Below are positions 8,292-18,886 of a DNA stretch of 64,000 nt, piece after piece. A program made the translations under genes and the position numbers. The number at the start of each line of letters is the position of its first letter. Within the stretch, counting starts at the first letter, position 1. Source of the DNA: Myxococcales bacterium. Its GTDB lineage: Bacteria > Desulfobacterota > Binatia > HRBIN30. The notes beneath the pieces were generated by a model, which had not been told where the DNA came from, ran no database searches, and was given only the letters and a program-made list of their open reading frames with translations. Location of the stretch: assembly GCA_037445065.1 (NCBI GenBank), contig JBBILD010000004.1, forward strand, positions 32,001 to 96,000, given 5' to 3'.

Positions 8292-10175
8292 TCACTTCCA
8301 GTCGCCGGCGACCTCGTACGAGTCGTTGTTCGACAGGTCGGTGATGAACGAGCCGTTCGCCTGCATACGATAGATCTTCGGGCGCCCGTTCACGAACGGC
8401 CGGAACACGATGTAGTTTCCGTCGGGTGACCATATCGGATGTTCGTCGTCCGAACGGTCCGCCGTGGAGGTGAGCTGCACCGGGTCGGACCCGTCCACGT
8501 TGGCGACGAAGATGGCAAGTGAGCTGGTTCCCTCGGCGCTGCGCCCGGCGTAGACCAGCTTCGTGCCGTTAGGGGAAACCTCCCCGAGCTGCTCATAGGC
8601 CTCGTTTGTGGTGATGCGAACTACGCCCGAGCCGTCGGCGTTCATCCGGTAGATTTCCCCGAATCTGCTGTCCCGATTCGATGTGAAATAAATGTAATCG
8701 CCATCCGGGGAGAAGGCCGGGGAAGCGTCGGTCCAGTCTCCCGAGGTCAACTGCGTCACCTGCCCACTGCCAAGTTCGTAGCTGAACAGGTTTGTCCTTG
8801 TGAAGTCGTACTCCGCGTAAACGATTCTCGCGCCGTCGGGCGAGAACGTCGGGTAGTATTGGAAGTTTTGCGTTCGCAGGGCGGTGACGCCCGAGCCGTC
8901 CGCGTTCATGATGTGCAGCCGGCGGTCGCGCGTGAAGGCGATCTTCGTCTTGTCGTGGTTCCACTGCGGCCACTCGTCAAACCCGCTGCCGCTGGTCAGT
9001 TGAATCACGTCGCTGCCGTCTGCGTTCATGACGAAAATGTGGGAAACGTTCCGATCCGACCCAGGCCGGGAGGACTTGAACAGGATCTGTCCGGTGAGCA
9101 CCGGCGTGGGTAGGATCGTTCCTGTGATCGTGGGCGTGGCCGTGGCTGTCGGGCTCGGGGGCCGCGTCGGAGTGTTGGTGGGGGTCGTCGTTGGGGTGTG
9201 CGTGAGGCCGAGCGCGGAGGGAACGACGTCGGCGAGGCGCTGGTCAATCGCGACGAACTGTGTACCCGGCGCGCCGCCGGTGACGGTCGTGAACCTACGG
9301 CGAATGTCGACCGAAACCTTGTAAGTCCCCGGTCCCGCGCCGTAGGCGCTGACCGGGATCGAGAACGGCGAGGTCTTGTCGCCGTCGTCGCTGTTGAAGG
9401 CGGGAGTGAAACTTGGCGTAAAAATGGAGATGCGCTCGTTATCGCCCTCGTACTCCCAGGAGACCTGCGAGCCGTCCGGAGCGACCGTGATGCCGCCCGG
9501 AGCCGTGATGACCACCGAGGCGGTACCGATGGAGGTCACCGTCGTCACGGTGTAGGTGGCGCCGGGCACGTACGCGAGGCTGAGGTTGCTGCTTTGGTAT
9601 TGGGCAAAGAAGCGACTGTCAAACGTGGTCTGGCCGGTATACGGAATCGTCACCGTGCCCCCTGGTCCCGTCAGCGTAACCTCGGCCGTGCTCTCCGGCA
9701 CGCCGTCAACGGTGAGCAGGAGCGAGAAGAAAGAAAACTCGGACGTCGGCGACACGCTGTGCAGGTAGGCGCTGTTCGGGTGCCAAAAAATCCCGTTCGG
9801 AACTCCGAACGTCGGCGTTGCGGTGGGGCTTTCCACAGCCGAAGGAGTCGCCGTCGGCGTGCTCGTCGGACTCGGGCCGGGACTTCCCACCGGGCAACCA
9901 TTCAGGGCGTAGTTCACGGCGACGATGATTTCGTCAATGGTCACGGTGCCGTCGCCGCTGCGGTCCGCGCCGAGGCACGTCTCGGGCATCGCGGTTCCGA
10001 GCGCGATATTCACCGCCTTCACCAGCTCGTCAATCGTCACCTCGCCACTCCCGTCGCAGTCGCCCGCGCAGGTCTGTCCGCGGGCTACGATCGGCCCTGC
10101 GAACAGAACCATTGCGAGTAGCACGAACCAGAGCACGGAAAGCCGCACGGCGCGGCGCACCCTCACGCTTTGCAC
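8292..10175 (-). CDS. Secreted protein: N-terminal dockerin-like module, Pro/Thr linkers, C-terminal TolB-like (PD40) beta-propeller
   Basis: AAGGAGG RBS before GTG 10175; CAGDCDGSGEVTIDE...ADRSGDGTVTIDE...ALNGCP; repeated P.FSPDG / MNADGS units. Confidence 0.85.
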   Translation of the reverse strand: MQSVRVRRAVRLSVLWFVLLAMVLFAGPIVARGQTCAGDCDGSGEVTIDELVKAVNIALGTAMPETCLGADRSGDGTVTIDEIIVAVNYALNGCPVGSPGPSPTSTPTATPSAVESPTATPTFGVPNGIFWHPNSAYLHSVSPTSEFSFFSLLLTVDGVPESTAEVTLTGPGGTVTIPYTGQTTFDSRFFAQYQSSNLSLAYVPGATYTVTTVTSIGTASVVITAPGGITVAPDGSQVSWEYEGDNERISIFTPSFTPAFNSDDGDKTSPFSIPVSAYGAGPGTYKVSVDIRRRFTTVTGGAPGTQFVAIDQRLADVVPSALGLTHTPTTTPTNTPTRPPSPTATATPTITGTILPTPVLTGQILFKSSRPGSDRNVSHIFVMNADGSDVIQLTSGSGFDEWPQWNHDKTKIAFTRDRRLHIMNADGSGVTALRTQNFQYYPTFSPDGARIVYAEYDFTRTNLFSYELGSGQVTQLTSGDWTDASPAFSPDGDYIYFTSNRDSRFGEIYRMNADGSGVVRITTNEAYEQLGEVSPNGTKLVYAGRSAEGTSSLAIFVANVDGSDPVQLTSTADRSDDEHPIWSPDGNYIVFRPFVNGRPKIYRMQANGSFITDLSNNDSYEVAGDWK

Positions 10176-11452
10176 GGTCAGTCCCTCCTTGAACGGGCGC
10201 GCCGGCCACCCCGATTCGGGGATCAGGCGGTCCATTCGGGCGCGGCTAATTCGCACGGCAGAGCGAGGCTGTCAAGGCGCGCGTAGCGACGTTGCGGAGA
10301 GCTGGGTGTGTTTTCGCCGGCTGTTGCCGCCCCACGCGCGCATGAGTTTTCTCGGCAGTTACGTGCGGACAAGCGCGCGCCGACAGCGATCTGTCATCGA
10401 GAAGGAGACGTCGCGAATTCCAGGACAGCGCCCGAGTTCGGCGGCATCTGTGGTATCCATCGCAGACCTCTGCACTTCTTGCTCGATCCACCCGCCGAAT
10501 GCTCGTGCGGCGACCCACGAACGCTGTGGGCGCTTGCTGAACGAGCGGGTCGGTGCCGCATGCTTCCGCCACGTCCACCGGACAGGTTCTGGCTCCGGAA
10601 GGCCGACAACGGCGCTCGGAACGAAGCTAACGACCGCAACACTGCCCAAGTTCCGAGGGACACGGCCTGCTTTCATCCACGGCAAGCCGCCGAAAAGCGG
10701 TGAAAGGGTTCCTCGCTTAGAAGGGGAGAGCGGTTCGGAACGGGGGAATTCGTCGGGTGGTCCTCGCGACTGCTTCGGCGGCCGCTCGGCAATTTTTTCG
10801 ATGCGGCAGGAGTCATTCGGTTCACCCGGTTGCGCAGGATGGCATTGGCGTGCTTTTGCGAACGCGCAGCGACTGCGAGGGTGCGCACAGCTGCGACTTC
10901 GCTGTGTGGTGATCCATGAGCGCACGTCCAACGCATGGTGCCCAAATCGGAGCGGTAGCCTTCTGCGGATGCGGTGCACCCGACAACACAGCTTCAATCA
11001 GTGCCCCCGTCTGCGGGCGCGCCTTCGTGGCCCAAGTGATTGAGCGCGGGGGCCCCGCTCCACATGTCTTTGGGTGAACACTCAGCGTGCCGGCCTACTC
11101 GGTAGTGTGGCTATCTCAGGACGCAGGGTCGAGGACACTTCTCCGACAACGCATGCGGGTTTAAGGCTTCCACCGTGCCGACCTCGATTCGCGCGGTCAG
11201 GATTGCCTTGGGCGCCGCACAAAACAGCGCTTGTCTCCCTGACTGCCAGGGCAGTCGTGCTTCACGTGCTGGCGAGATGTTGCACAGCTCCTTCGCCAGT
11301 GGCGCTGCGGCTAGGTCGCCCAGAGGCATACGGCCCCAGGTCCCGGCGAAGGTCCCCCCCGGGTCCTGTTGTCCAGCTCGGCGTCACGGAACGGTGCGCG
11401 CGGGAATGGGTGAGGTTGCCTCAACAGCGGCGCGCGAGTAGGCAGGGGAGGC

Positions 11453-11977
11453 ATGTCGGATGCGTACTGGCTGCGTGCGTGGGGACCACCGGGCCGCCCG
11501 ACCGCGCACCCGAATTGTACGTGGATCCTGCCGGAGTTGATCGTCGGCGAGTACCCGCGCCCGGATGACGCCTTTTGGCTTCGCGCGCAGTTGGGTGTGC
11601 AGGCTGTGTTGAGCCTGCAGGACGACGGAGACCTTGCAGCCAAGGGGCTTTCCTGGACCGAATTGCTGCGCGCATACGCTGAGGTGGGCATCGTGGCGGA
11701 GCGGATCGCTGTCGCCGACGGCAACCCGGAGGCGTTGCTCGCGGAGCTCGACCGGGCAGTGCAGTGGCTGCAGGTGCACATCGCACGCGGATGGCGGGTT
11801 TACCTGCACTGCAATGCGGGGCTCAATCGCGCTCCGACGGTCGCGATCGCCTACTTGCACGCCGCGTGCGGCTTGCCGCTCGAGCAGGCGCGGCACAGGG
11901 TCACCTCGCTCCGAACCTGCGTACCGTTCGTTTCGGTTCTGGAGCGGCGCTACGGCACGGGCTCCGCAAAGAGGTAA
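11453..11977 (+). CDS. Dual-specificity phosphatase family protein
   Basis: Catalytic VYLHCNAGLNRA (HCx5R) motif. Confidence 0.85.
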   Translation: MSDAYWLRAWGPPGRPTAHPNCTWILPELIVGEYPRPDDAFWLRAQLGVQAVLSLQDDGDLAAKGLSWTELLRAYAEVGIVAERIAVADGNPEALLAELDRAVQWLQVHIARGWRVYLHCNAGLNRAPTVAIAYLHAACGLPLEQARHRVTSLRTCVPFVSVLERRYGTGSAKR

Positions 11978-13044
11978 ATCCGCGCCGCAGGCGCGCGCAG
12001 CCATACGGGCGCATCTTTGGCGAAGTTCTGCATCCCAGGGAGGCGCGCCACCCAGCGCACGGAGAGTTCTCCGCGGATTGCGGCGTACAGGAGAGTTTCG
12101 TGGCCGAGGTGCTCGACATGGACCGCGAGGGCTTCGACGGTGTTGGCTCCAGGTCCGCTGGCAAGTTCCAAATGCTCGGGCCGAATCCCTACGGTGAGGG
12201 TGGGGGGGATGTCTTCGTGGCCCGCAAGCCGCCAGTGGCGCGGCGCATTTGCGAGTAAGCGGTGCGGCCCGATGCGCAGGCAGACCCCCTCGGCACTGCC
12301 CTCGGCGTGCGCCGCGAAGAGGTTCATGGGTGGGTTGCCGATGAAGCCGGCAACAAACGCGTTGGCTGGGTTCTCGTACAGTTCCGCGGGCCGCTCGACT
12401 TGCTGCAGCCGCCCCCGATCGAGCACCGCCACACGGTGGCCGAGGGTCATCGCCTCGGTCTGATCGTGGGTGACGTAAATCATGGTCGTGCGCGTTCGCT
12501 CCTGGATACTGGCGATCTCCGCCCGCACGGTGACGCGCAACTTGGCGTCGAGGTTGGAAAGAGGCTCGTCGAGCAGCGACACCGACGGGTCGCGCACCAG
12601 CGCTCGCCCCATGGCGACGCGTTGCCTCTGGCCGCCGGAGAGTTCTCGCGGGTAGCGGTCGAGCAAGGCTTCGAGTTCGAGCAGCTTGGCGACTCGCTGC
12701 ACGCGCTCCTGGATCTCGGTTCGCCGCAGGCGGCGCATGCGCAAGGGAAAAGCGAGATTGTCGCGTACGGTGAGGAACGGGTACAGCGCGTATTCCTGGA
12801 AGACCATGGCCACGTTGCGTCGCTGCGGCGGCCAGTCGTTGACCAGCTCTTGATCCAAAAACAGCTTGCCTTCCGTTGCTTCCTCGAGGCCAGCCACGAT
12901 GCGCAGCAGGGTGGACTTCCCGCAACCCGAAGGCCCGACGACCACGAGCAGCTCGCCGTCTTCGACCGCCAGATCGATTCGATCGAGCGCGAGTGTGCCG
13001 TCAGGGAAGCGCTTGCTGACGCCCTCCAGCCGAACCCGAGCCAT
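11950..13044 (-). CDS. Sugar/glycerol-3-phosphate ABC transporter ATPase (MalK/UgpC family)
   Basis: GPSGCGKS, LSGGQRQRVAMGRA, DEPLSNLDAKLR, YVTHDQ; C-terminal TOBE-like region. Confidence 0.92.
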   Translation of the reverse strand: MARVRLEGVSKRFPDGTLALDRIDLAVEDGELLVVVGPSGCGKSTLLRIVAGLEEATEGKLFLDQELVNDWPPQRRNVAMVFQEYALYPFLTVRDNLAFPLRMRRLRRTEIQERVQRVAKLLELEALLDRYPRELSGGQRQRVAMGRALVRDPSVSLLDEPLSNLDAKLRVTVRAEIASIQERTRTTMIYVTHDQTEAMTLGHRVAVLDRGRLQQVERPAELYENPANAFVAGFIGNPPMNLFAAHAEGSAEGVCLRIGPHRLLANAPRHWRLAGHEDIPPTLTVGIRPEHLELASGPGANTVEALAVHVEHLGHETLLYAAIRGELSVRWVARLPGMQNFAKDAPVWLRAPAARIYLFAEPVP

Positions 13045-13081
13045 GCAAGGAGGCTACGGCTTGCAGCCTCGCGCGCATTCG

Positions 13082-14218
13082 TCAAGCCGAAGGTGCGGCC
13101 GACTGCGTGAGTTGCTGCAGGCGTTCGACTGCTTCCAGGTACTCCTGCACGAGGTCGTAAATCACTTCTTTGACCGTGCGCACTCGGTTGAGCCGGCCTA
13201 CGATTTGTCCGACCGGGTTGAACATCACCCGTTTCGACTTTTCAGCGTAGCGATGCGTTCGCGCCACGGCGTCAGCGGTCACCATGAACTGCAGCGGCAT
13301 GCCGAGCGGCTTCGGTGCGTCGGGCCGCTCCCACGCTTCGGTCCAATCGTTGCGCAGCATGCGGCACGGTTTGCCGGTGAAGGAGCGGGAACGTACCGTG
13401 TCTTGGCTGGTGGCTTGCAGGTAACACTCCATTTGCGCGGGTGGCACGTCTGCCTCCTGCACGGTGAGCCAGAGCGAGCCGGTCCACACTCCCTGCGCGC
13501 CCATGGCCAAGGCCGCAGCGATTTGCCGGCCTGTGCCGATGCCGCCGGCGGCGAGTACGGGCGTGGGTGCTACCGCGTCAATCACTTCTGGCCACAGCAC
13601 CACACTGCCGATTTCTCCCGTGTGGCCACCGCCCTCGGTTCCCTGCGCGACGATCAGGTCCACCCCGGCTTCTTTGTGGCGTAGGGCGTGTTTCGCGGAT
13701 CCGCACAGCGCTGCCACCCAGCGCCCAGTGGAATGGATTCGATCGATCACGTCACTGGGTGGTGTGCCGAGAGCGTTGGCGATCAAGCGCACTTTTTCAT
13801 GTCGCAGGGCAACTTCGACTTGTGGGGTTGCGGTGGCGGCAGTCCAGCCGAGGAGTTGTCCGACCGGTCGCTCACCCTCGGGGAGCTTGGGCACGCCGTG
13901 CTCAGCAAGAATGCAGTCGGCGAACTCGAAGTGCTCGCGCGGGATCATAGCCTTGAGTTGTTCTTCCAGTTTGACTGGATCGAGTTCGCCCATGCCTCGT
14001 ACTTGCCTGGAAATGACGATGTCCACGCCGTAGGGCTTGTCGCCGACATACTCGTCAATCCACTTGAGTTCCACCTCGAGCTGGTCTGGTGGAAATCCGA
14101 CTGCGCCGAGCACTCCGAAGCCGCCTGCCCGGCTCACCGCGGCCACCACGTCGCGGCAGTGGCTAAAGGCAAAAATCGGTAGTTCGATGCCCAACTGGTC
14201 GCAAATCGGCGTGCGCAT
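13082..14218 (-). CDS. Nitronate monooxygenase family flavin oxidoreductase
   Basis: AQGTEGGGHTG, VLAAGGIG, GAQGVWTGS motifs. Confidence 0.88.
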   Translation of the reverse strand: MRTPICDQLGIELPIFAFSHCRDVVAAVSRAGGFGVLGAVGFPPDQLEVELKWIDEYVGDKPYGVDIVISRQVRGMGELDPVKLEEQLKAMIPREHFEFADCILAEHGVPKLPEGERPVGQLLGWTAATATPQVEVALRHEKVRLIANALGTPPSDVIDRIHSTGRWVAALCGSAKHALRHKEAGVDLIVAQGTEGGGHTGEIGSVVLWPEVIDAVAPTPVLAAGGIGTGRQIAAALAMGAQGVWTGSLWLTVQEADVPPAQMECYLQATSQDTVRSRSFTGKPCRMLRNDWTEAWERPDAPKPLGMPLQFMVTADAVARTHRYAEKSKRVMFNPVGQIVGRLNRVRTVKEVIYDLVQEYLEAVERLQQLTQSAAPSA

Positions 14219-14230
14219 GCTCCCTCCTCG

Positions 14231-14254
14231 GTAAGTGAACAGTTGTTCACTTAC
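14231..14254. promoter_or_regulatory. Perfect palindrome, probable dimeric (TetR-like) repressor operator
   Basis: GTAAGTGAACA-GT-TGTTCACTTAC, directly upstream of the RBS of the nitronate monooxygenase gene. Confidence 0.65.
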
Positions 14255-15912
14255 TTGTATGCCACGCCTGCGTCAAGCGGTTGCCCAGCTTGAAAGAGCG
14301 CGTCTTCGCGCAGGAGCGGGAGAGCAGCCTGAACGATGGGATCGGCGGCAAAGTATCGTTGCACGCAACCCTGACAGAGGAAGTTGGCGGTGGCGAGGAA
14401 AGTCATGGCTTGATCCAGAAACAAGTAAGCGGTTGCCACTTTGCCCGAGCGGGGATCCACGGCGTCGAAGAAGCCGAAGTCCCCGTAAATCGGGAAGCGG
14501 CGGGCCATCTCCTGCAGGTTGGCCAGGGCTGCCGCGGGGTCAACCAAGAGGGCCAGGGCGGAGGCGTGCGGGGTCACCGCGCCCGGCTCGTAGCCGCGGG
14601 TTCCCAGCACGGGGATGCCATACTCGCGGTATTCTTCACCGTTTGGATCTAGGCACGGCGACTGGCCCCAAAACGGGCTGTGCAGCACCTCGTGGCTGTA
14701 GCGCTGCTGGACTTGCACGTGGGCGCGGGCGTTTGCACCCAGGCCGCGTGGTGCGAGCGTGACTTCGTCGAGCAGAAGAAGGGGCATCAGCGCCTCGAAC
14801 ATGCTTCCCCCCCAAGAGGGCACGTAGTGGATACCCTGCCAGTGGTAGTAGCCGAGATAGAGAGGGACGCTGTTGCGTTCTTCCACTCGCGGTTGCACCG
14901 GTGCTTGCCGTTGCCATTGGCAACCGGGCGGATAGGTGCGCACGGTGGCAAACCAGTGCTCGCGCGGGACATCTCCTTTGCCGATGGCGAGTAGGCTTCC
15001 AAGGCGGGCCTCGGTAAACCACATACCGTAGTGAAAGGGAGAAAACGTACGGGTGTGGACAAAGTAGCCGTGCCGCATCTGGTGGCGGGTGCGGTCGTAG
15101 AAGAAACTGTAGTCCTCGGCTTCGAGCAAGCGGCTGGCGCGCGTGCGGAGTTCTGGCATGGCGCTGCGGAGCACGATCAAGCCGGCAGTGAACCAAGAAG
15201 AGTCTACGAACGAAACCAGGTTGCTGGTGCGCTCCAGCGAAGTGGTGTCGTAGTAATTGAACAAGAAGCCCCGGTATGTTTCGAGTTGCTCGACGGTGTC
15301 GAGCACGCGGCGGGCAAGGTCGAGGGCTTCTTCTGGTCCGACCAGGCCGAGTTCGCGCGCCGCAACCAGCGAGGCCAAGAACAAGCCGATATTGGTGCTG
15401 CTCGCATAGTCCCCGATCTTGGCCTGTTCGACAGAGTAGAGCGGTCCGAACCAGCGCAGGTGGTCAATGGGGAGAGCGTGCTCGCGGTCGCGCATGGCGG
15501 CAAGGCCGCGCCACGTGTCGCGCAACAGTTGGAGGGCAAACTCGCGCGCTTCCGCGGGGAGGCGGATCGCTTCCGGCGGGCGCTCGGGCCAGCCGGCCAG
15601 GCGCGCCCGCAAGGCACGGCTGAGACCCGGCTTGCCCCCATGCGCCTTCTCCCATGCCTCTTTGCGCCGGGCGCGCACTTGCTCGCGCAGGGCCGGGCCG
15701 GCCATGTCCACCCGGATTTCCCCGATCGGACAGCGCTGCAAGAGACGTTGCTGTGCAGGATCGCCTGCAACAGGAGGCGTCACCGCGGCCGGCTCGGCTT
15801 TCGTCTCCGCGGCTCCAACCAGCAATGGTAGGAGCAGCGAGCTTGCCAGCAGAATACGCCTCAAACGTGGTGCCGGCGCCTTCCCCTCGACCCTACCCCG
15901 CCAAGCTCGCAT
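14251..15912 (-). CDS. Secreted DUF3131/'glucoamylase'-family glycoside hydrolase (beta-1,2-glucan-active clan-like)
   Basis: SSTNIGL, GFLFNYYD, VDSSW, EARL, SWGGSMFEALMP, GFFDAVD, LDQAM motifs; signal peptide; start uncertain. Confidence 0.75.
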   Translation of the reverse strand: MRAWRGRVEGKAPAPRLRRILLASSLLLPLLVGAAETKAEPAAVTPPVAGDPAQQRLLQRCPIGEIRVDMAGPALREQVRARRKEAWEKAHGGKPGLSRALRARLAGWPERPPEAIRLPAEAREFALQLLRDTWRGLAAMRDREHALPIDHLRWFGPLYSVEQAKIGDYASSTNIGLFLASLVAARELGLVGPEEALDLARRVLDTVEQLETYRGFLFNYYDTTSLERTSNLVSFVDSSWFTAGLIVLRSAMPELRTRASRLLEAEDYSFFYDRTRHQMRHGYFVHTRTFSPFHYGMWFTEARLGSLLAIGKGDVPREHWFATVRTYPPGCQWQRQAPVQPRVEERNSVPLYLGYYHWQGIHYVPSWGGSMFEALMPLLLLDEVTLAPRGLGANARAHVQVQQRYSHEVLHSPFWGQSPCLDPNGEEYREYGIPVLGTRGYEPGAVTPHASALALLVDPAAALANLQEMARRFPIYGDFGFFDAVDPRSGKVATAYLFLDQAMTFLATANFLCQGCVQRYFAADPIVQAALPLLREDALFQAGQPLDAGVAYK

Positions 15913-15999
15913 CCGCGCCGAGCCTCTAGCAGCATCGCCGACTGCGGCAACATGGGGACTCCGTAGCCGCTTGCCGGGCGGCTGTGGTAGCAAAGGCGC

Positions 16000-16854
16000 A
16001 TGCGATCGATCGGGTTGATCCTTAAGCACGGGCAGCCGCGCGCTTACGAAGTCGGCCGCACCGTCATCGAATGGCTGCAAGCGCGCGGCTGCGAAGTGTG
16101 GGTGGAGCGGGATGCGGCCGCTCACCTGCCCAAAGCGCGCGTCGCGGGGCGCGAAGAAATGGCCGGCATGGTGGAGCTATTCTTGGTACTTGGCGGTGAC
16201 GGCACCTTGCTCAGCGTGGCTCGTTTGCTGGTGACGCGCGAGGTCCCCATTCTCGGCATCAACCTAGGCGGCCTCGGGTTTTTGACCGCGGTCACGGTGG
16301 AGGAGGCGCTACCGATGCTCGAACGCGTGCTGCGCGGCGAGCTGCGGGCGGACCGCCGGATGATGCTCGAGGTGCGCTGGCGGCGAGGCGAGGAGACGCT
16401 GGCGCAACGCTTGGCTCTCAATGACGCGGTGATCAACAAGGGTGCGCTATCGCGCATGGTGGACTTGCGGGCCACGGTGGATGATCAGGAACTGTGCGTG
16501 TACAAGGCGGATGGGTTGATCGTGACCACGCCGACCGGCTCCACCGCTTACTCGCTTTCTGCGGGGGGTCCGATCGTGCACCCGGCCGTGGACGTGCTGG
16601 TGCTTTCGCCCATCTGCCCACACACCTTGACCAACCGGCCCATTGTGTTGCCGGAAACCAGTGTGGTGCGGGTGGCGATGGTGGCAGCAGGGGAGGACGT
16701 GGTGCTCACCATTGACGGACAGGAAGGCTTCCCGTTGCAAGTGGGCGACAGCGTCGAGGTGCGCCAAGCTCGTACCCGTGCCCCCCTCGTGCAACTGCCG
16801 GAGCGCAGTTACTTTGAGGTGTTGCGAAGCAAGCTCCGCTGGGGAGAGCGCTGA
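16000..16854 (+). CDS. nadK: NAD(+) kinase
   Basis: LGGDGTLL, ALNDAV, DGLIVTTPTGSTAYSLSAGGP; adjacent to recN. Confidence 0.95.
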   Translation: MRSIGLILKHGQPRAYEVGRTVIEWLQARGCEVWVERDAAAHLPKARVAGREEMAGMVELFLVLGGDGTLLSVARLLVTREVPILGINLGGLGFLTAVTVEEALPMLERVLRGELRADRRMMLEVRWRRGEETLAQRLALNDAVINKGALSRMVDLRATVDDQELCVYKADGLIVTTPTGSTAYSLSAGGPIVHPAVDVLVLSPICPHTLTNRPIVLPETSVVRVAMVAAGEDVVLTIDGQEGFPLQVGDSVEVRQARTRAPLVQLPERSYFEVLRSKLRWGER

Positions 16855-16869
16855 GCGCGGAACAGGAAC

Positions 16870-18570
16870 ATGCTGCGGGCGTTGCGCATCCGCCAAATGG
16901 CGGTGATCGACGAAGCAGAGCTGGACTTCGAGCCTGGGTTCAACGTTCTGACCGGGGAAACCGGAGCAGGCAAGAGCATCATTACCCGTGCCATCTTGTT
17001 GCTCTGTGGAGCGCGCGGCAGTGCGGAGTTGGTGCGCGCCGATGCGGAAGAGGCCGTGGTCGAGGCGTTGTTCGAATGCCCGGGAGAGGAGGAACGGCTC
17101 GCGGCGCTTGGCTTTCGTGCCGCGGATGAAATCGTGGTCCGCCGGACCCTGCAGCGCAGCGGAAAGGGACGCATTTGGGTCAATGGTGAGCTGGCGAGCG
17201 CGACTCAGCTCGCCCAACTGGTGGGCCGCTGGATCCACTTGTACGGGCAGCACGAGCAAACGGACCTGTTGCGCAACGAGGCGCACCTGGGCTTGCTCGA
17301 CGAATTCGCCGGGTTCAGGGCGGAACGAGCGCAAATGGAGGAACACTACCGCGCCTTGCGCTCGGCCTGGCAGCGCTTGCAAGAGGCACGCACAGATGTG
17401 GAGCGAATCCGCAGCCAGGCGGAACTGCTGCGCTTTCAGTTGCAGGAACTCGAACAGGCGGCAGTGGAAGCAGGCGAGGAGGAAGCGCTCTTGGCAACGC
17501 GCAGTCGCTTGCGCCACGCGGAGCGCCTCGGGCGCGTGTGTGTGGGTGGCGAAGAACGGCTGCACAGCGGCGAGGAGGCGGTAAGCTCCGTGCTCTCCAA
17601 ACTCGAGCACGAGCTTGCCGAGGTCTCTGCCCTGATGCCCGAACTTGGGGGGGTGCGCGCGCTGATCGAGCAAGCTCGCTCGTGGCTCGAGGAGGCGGCC
17701 TGGCAGTTGCGGCGGGCGGGGGAGAGTGTGCGCGCCGACCCAGAGCGGCTTGCCGAGGTGGAGGAGCGGCTGGCGCTGATCGCACGCCTCAAGCGCAAGT
17801 ACGGTTGCGCGGCGGACGAGTTGCCGCAGCGCCGTGCCGAGGTCGCCCGCCAGCTCGCCTTGCTGGACGACGACGAGCACGAGTTGGCTGCCTTGGAGCG
17901 GCGCGTGCAGGAGGTCGCGGCGCAAGCGTGGGGCTTTGCCCGCGCGCTTTCCGAGAAGCGGCGCGCGGCGGCACGCAAACTCGAAGAACTCATGCAGCGG
18001 GAACTCCGCGTCTTGGGCATGCGGGATGCCCAGTTCCAAGTGTGCTTTACACAAAGCGCCAGCGACGGGCCGCAGCGGGATGCCCGCGACAGCCAAGCAG
18101 CGGAGGGCTTCGGCTTGTCCCCCACCGGCGCGGATCGTGTGGAGTTGTTTTGGTCGGCCAATCGAGGCGAGGCACCCCGCCCGCTGGCGCGGGTGGCTTC
18201 GGGCGGGGAACTGTCGCGCATCATGCTCGCCTTGAAGACGCTGGCGGCAGGAGACGAGGCGGTGACCTTCTGGTTCGATGAAGTGGACGCCGGGATCGGA
18301 GGCACCACGGCCACTGCAGTAGGGAAGCGCTTGCGCTCCCTCGGGAAGACGCACCAAGTGCTGTGTATCACCCACTTGCCGCAAATCGCGGCGCTGGCCG
18401 ACCATCACCTGGCGGTGGAGAAACGCAAGCAAGGAAACCGCGTCGTTTCGCGAGCCCGCGTGGTCGAAGGCCAAGAGCGGGTGCGCGAGTTGGCCCGCAT
18501 GCTGGGTAGCGTGAGCGAGGAAACCGAGCGCTATGCGCGCGGCTTGCTGCGCGCCTTGGATGAGAGCTGA
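16870..18570 (+). CDS. recN: DNA repair protein RecN
   Basis: LTGETGAGKS, ASGGELSRIMLA, FDEVDAGIGG, QVLCITHLPQIAA. Confidence 0.96.
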   Translation: MLRALRIRQMAVIDEAELDFEPGFNVLTGETGAGKSIITRAILLLCGARGSAELVRADAEEAVVEALFECPGEEERLAALGFRAADEIVVRRTLQRSGKGRIWVNGELASATQLAQLVGRWIHLYGQHEQTDLLRNEAHLGLLDEFAGFRAERAQMEEHYRALRSAWQRLQEARTDVERIRSQAELLRFQLQELEQAAVEAGEEEALLATRSRLRHAERLGRVCVGGEERLHSGEEAVSSVLSKLEHELAEVSALMPELGGVRALIEQARSWLEEAAWQLRRAGESVRADPERLAEVEERLALIARLKRKYGCAADELPQRRAEVARQLALLDDDEHELAALERRVQEVAAQAWGFARALSEKRRAAARKLEELMQRELRVLGMRDAQFQVCFTQSASDGPQRDARDSQAAEGFGLSPTGADRVELFWSANRGEAPRPLARVASGGELSRIMLALKTLAAGDEAVTFWFDEVDAGIGGTTATAVGKRLRSLGKTHQVLCITHLPQIAALADHHLAVEKRKQGNRVVSRARVVEGQERVRELARMLGSVSEETERYARGLLRALDES

Positions 18571-18886
18571 AAGGACGACGCCCCCTGCCTGTCACCGCGC
18601 GGGTGGCAAGTAAGCGGCTGTATGCCTCCTCCCTCGGGGCCGGGAGCATGCAAAGCGGCCGCGGCAAGCGGGGATCACCGCTCGCGGGCAGCGTGGCGAT
18701 CCCCCGGGGGACGGGCCCCTCTGCCTGCGTCCTGCCGTCGCGAGTTCCGGTTTTGCGCTTTGCTTAGATCGGAAGAGCACAATTTTGCGGGCAACAACGT
18801 AGCATCGGCCGCGATTTCAGGCGGAGGCGTGCCGATCGGCAAGGGAGGCACGCAGCCAAAAAATCCGGGAAGGTGAAAAAGGAGGG

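Noticed and set aside
10260..11450. 1.2-kb gap with long shadow ORFs and riboswitch-like fragments (GGCAAGCCGCCGAAAAGCGG)
   Set aside because: The ORFs look like GC-rich noise, and the c-di-GMP or cobalamin riboswitch cores are incomplete
13990..14020. Segment ISRQVRGM in the nitronate monooxygenase reads PGKYE in the shifted frame
   Set aside because: Looks like compensating single-base indels (possible sequencing error) rather than biology; needs a read check
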